A DNA stretch of 64,000 nucleotides from Candidatus Nanosyncoccus sp. GTDB taxonomy: Bacteria; Patescibacteriota; Saccharimonadia; Saccharimonadales; Saccharimonadaceae. The stretch covers positions 79,947 to 143,946 of the forward strand of contig JAZUFO010000003.1 of NCBI GenBank assembly GCA_045640685.1. Reading direction: 5' to 3'. How positions within the stretch are numbered: position 1 is the stretch's first letter; each line of letters opens with the position of its first letter. The notes below the pieces were generated by a model. That model did not search any database. It was not told the DNA's origin and saw nothing but the letters and a program-made list of their open reading frames with translations. Positions 62,987-64,000 of the stretch are shown here, piece after piece. A program made the position numbers and the translations under genes.

Positions 62987-63568
62987 ATGGTTAAAAATAA
63001 TACAAACTCTAAAAAAGGCTTCACCATCATCGAAGTTGTCCTCGTTCTTGCTATCGCAGGTCTTATCTTCCTTATGGTCTTCATCGCCCTTCCAGCAATG
63101 CAAGCATCACAACGCGACACGCAACGCCGTAATGATCTTTCAATGTTTGCATCACAATTAACCCAATATTCAGCAAACAACCGTGGTAAAGTTCCATCAA
63201 CAGCAGACAAGGGTGCTGAAGGCGCACAAAAAGCATGGTCAAAATTTGTTTCAGACTACCTAGCAAAAGTTGAATATAAAACCGAAAACAACGAGTTAGG
63301 TGCACCAATATTCGAAATTGAAGGAAATAACTTCGTAGATCCAGATGGTGAACCATATACTGTCCTTTACGAAGGTCCAGTCGCAAAATCAGAGACCGGC
63401 GACGATGCAATTACATTAGCATATGATTTCTCAGGAAATCAACATACTATTCACGTCTACTCATATGCAGAATGTAACGGCGAAGAAATTGTCAGATCAA
63501 CTGGTCAACGTAAAGTTGCCTTCCAATACAAACTCGAAGGTGCAGGTGTTTACTGCGGACACAACTAA
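62987..63568 (+). CDS. pilA: Type IV pilin (major pilin-like)
   Basis: KKGFTIIEVVLVLAIAGLIFL class III signal; C-terminal Cys pair. Confidence 0.8.
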   Translation: MVKNNTNSKKGFTIIEVVLVLAIAGLIFLMVFIALPAMQASQRDTQRRNDLSMFASQLTQYSANNRGKVPSTADKGAEGAQKAWSKFVSDYLAKVEYKTENNELGAPIFEIEGNNFVDPDGEPYTVLYEGPVAKSETGDDAITLAYDFSGNQHTIHVYSYAECNGEEIVRSTGQRKVAFQYKLEGAGVYCGHN

Positions 63569-63632
63569 TCTAAACTAGTATAAAAATAGCTACAAAAAAA
63601 ATCCTCCCAGACGGGAGGATTTTTATATCTAA

Positions 63633-63848
63633 CTATTCCTCTTCTTCGTCGTCACCCCAAAGGCTTAAAATTTCGTCCACCGTATAAATAACAGGATCAT
63701 CATCAGGAAATTCGTGATCTAAATAGTATAGATTCTCATCTTCCCTGTTTCCAATAAAGGCATAATATCCACCCTGGCCATCACTCGCGAAAGGAATATA
63801 TTGCGCAGTCTCATCATGCTTAATATCGAGAGACAAAAAACGCGCCAA
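63633..63848 (-). CDS. SMI1/KNR4 (SUKH)-like fragment, 71 aa
   Basis: GGYYAF...LYYLDHE... is typical of the C-terminal half of SUKH domains. TTG start, with an in-frame stop just upstream. Confidence 0.4.
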   Translation of the reverse strand: MARFLSLDIKHDETAQYIPFASDGQGGYYAFIGNREDENLYYLDHEFPDDDPVIYTVDEILSLWGDDEEEE

Positions 63849-63880
63849 GATTGCTCCTGACGCGTCCTAAACGATCTTTC

Positions 63881-64000
63881 TTAGATAGCGCTAACAAGTG
63901 AGTAAATTGGAAGCAAAGTACCACCAATAACGATACCAATGAGGCCCGCCATGATAACCATCAAGATCGGCTCAATCATCGTAGAAATGTTTGCAATTTC
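63881..64000 (-). CDS. pilC: Type IV pilus platform protein PilC/GspF family, C-terminal end only (runs off the window)
   Basis: rc translation is ...EIANISTMIEPILMVIMAGLIGIVIGGTLLPIYSLVSAI*. Confidence 0.65.
   Translation of the reverse strand, partial: EIANISTMIEPILMVIMAGLIGIVIGGTLLPIYSLVSAI

Overview
AT-rich, very gene-dense 64-kb chromosomal segment, mostly transcribed on the minus strand, standard genetic code. Gene content suggests a reduced-genome, Gram-positive-type bacterium, plausibly Candidate Phyla Radiation / Saccharibacteria-like. This is an inference from type IV pilus genes, an LPxTG protein, a minimal ftsA-ftsZ block, many orphan surface proteins and almost no biosynthesis genes. 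Housekeeping content: thrS, miaA, rel, parAB, rplU, ileS, nrdR, ftsZ, ftsA, map, two adk-like genes, rpsU, rpsT, holA-like, mutM, polA, pnp, rpsO, rpoD, dnaG, mscL, orn, argS, ndk, xerC-like, pilD/pilA/pilC, and four tRNAs (Val-UAC, Thr-CGU, Gly-CCC, Arg-CCU). No rRNA, CRISPR array, transposase or prophage was seen. Main findings: (1) a ~650-nt promoter-to-terminator unit at 58.2-58.8 kb with no long ORF, a candidate large structured ncRNA next to an orphan protein gene; (2) a duplicated two-gene cassette (small helical protein plus giant acidic membrane/surface protein with a shared C-terminal motif), followed by an LPxTG protein, an ATP-grasp ligase and rplU (11.1-19.9 kb); (3) a complete T-box leader (AUC specifier) upstream of ileS; (4) a multi-hairpin riboswitch-like leader with an anti-SD element upstream of a Nudix gene; (5) a recurring TGnTAnnnT-N6-9-ATG layout implying leaderless mRNAs for at least nine genes; (6) loss of all zinc ligands in both NrdR and the DnaG zinc-binding domain. 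All calls come from reading the sequence and the ORF track; no database search or folding program was run.
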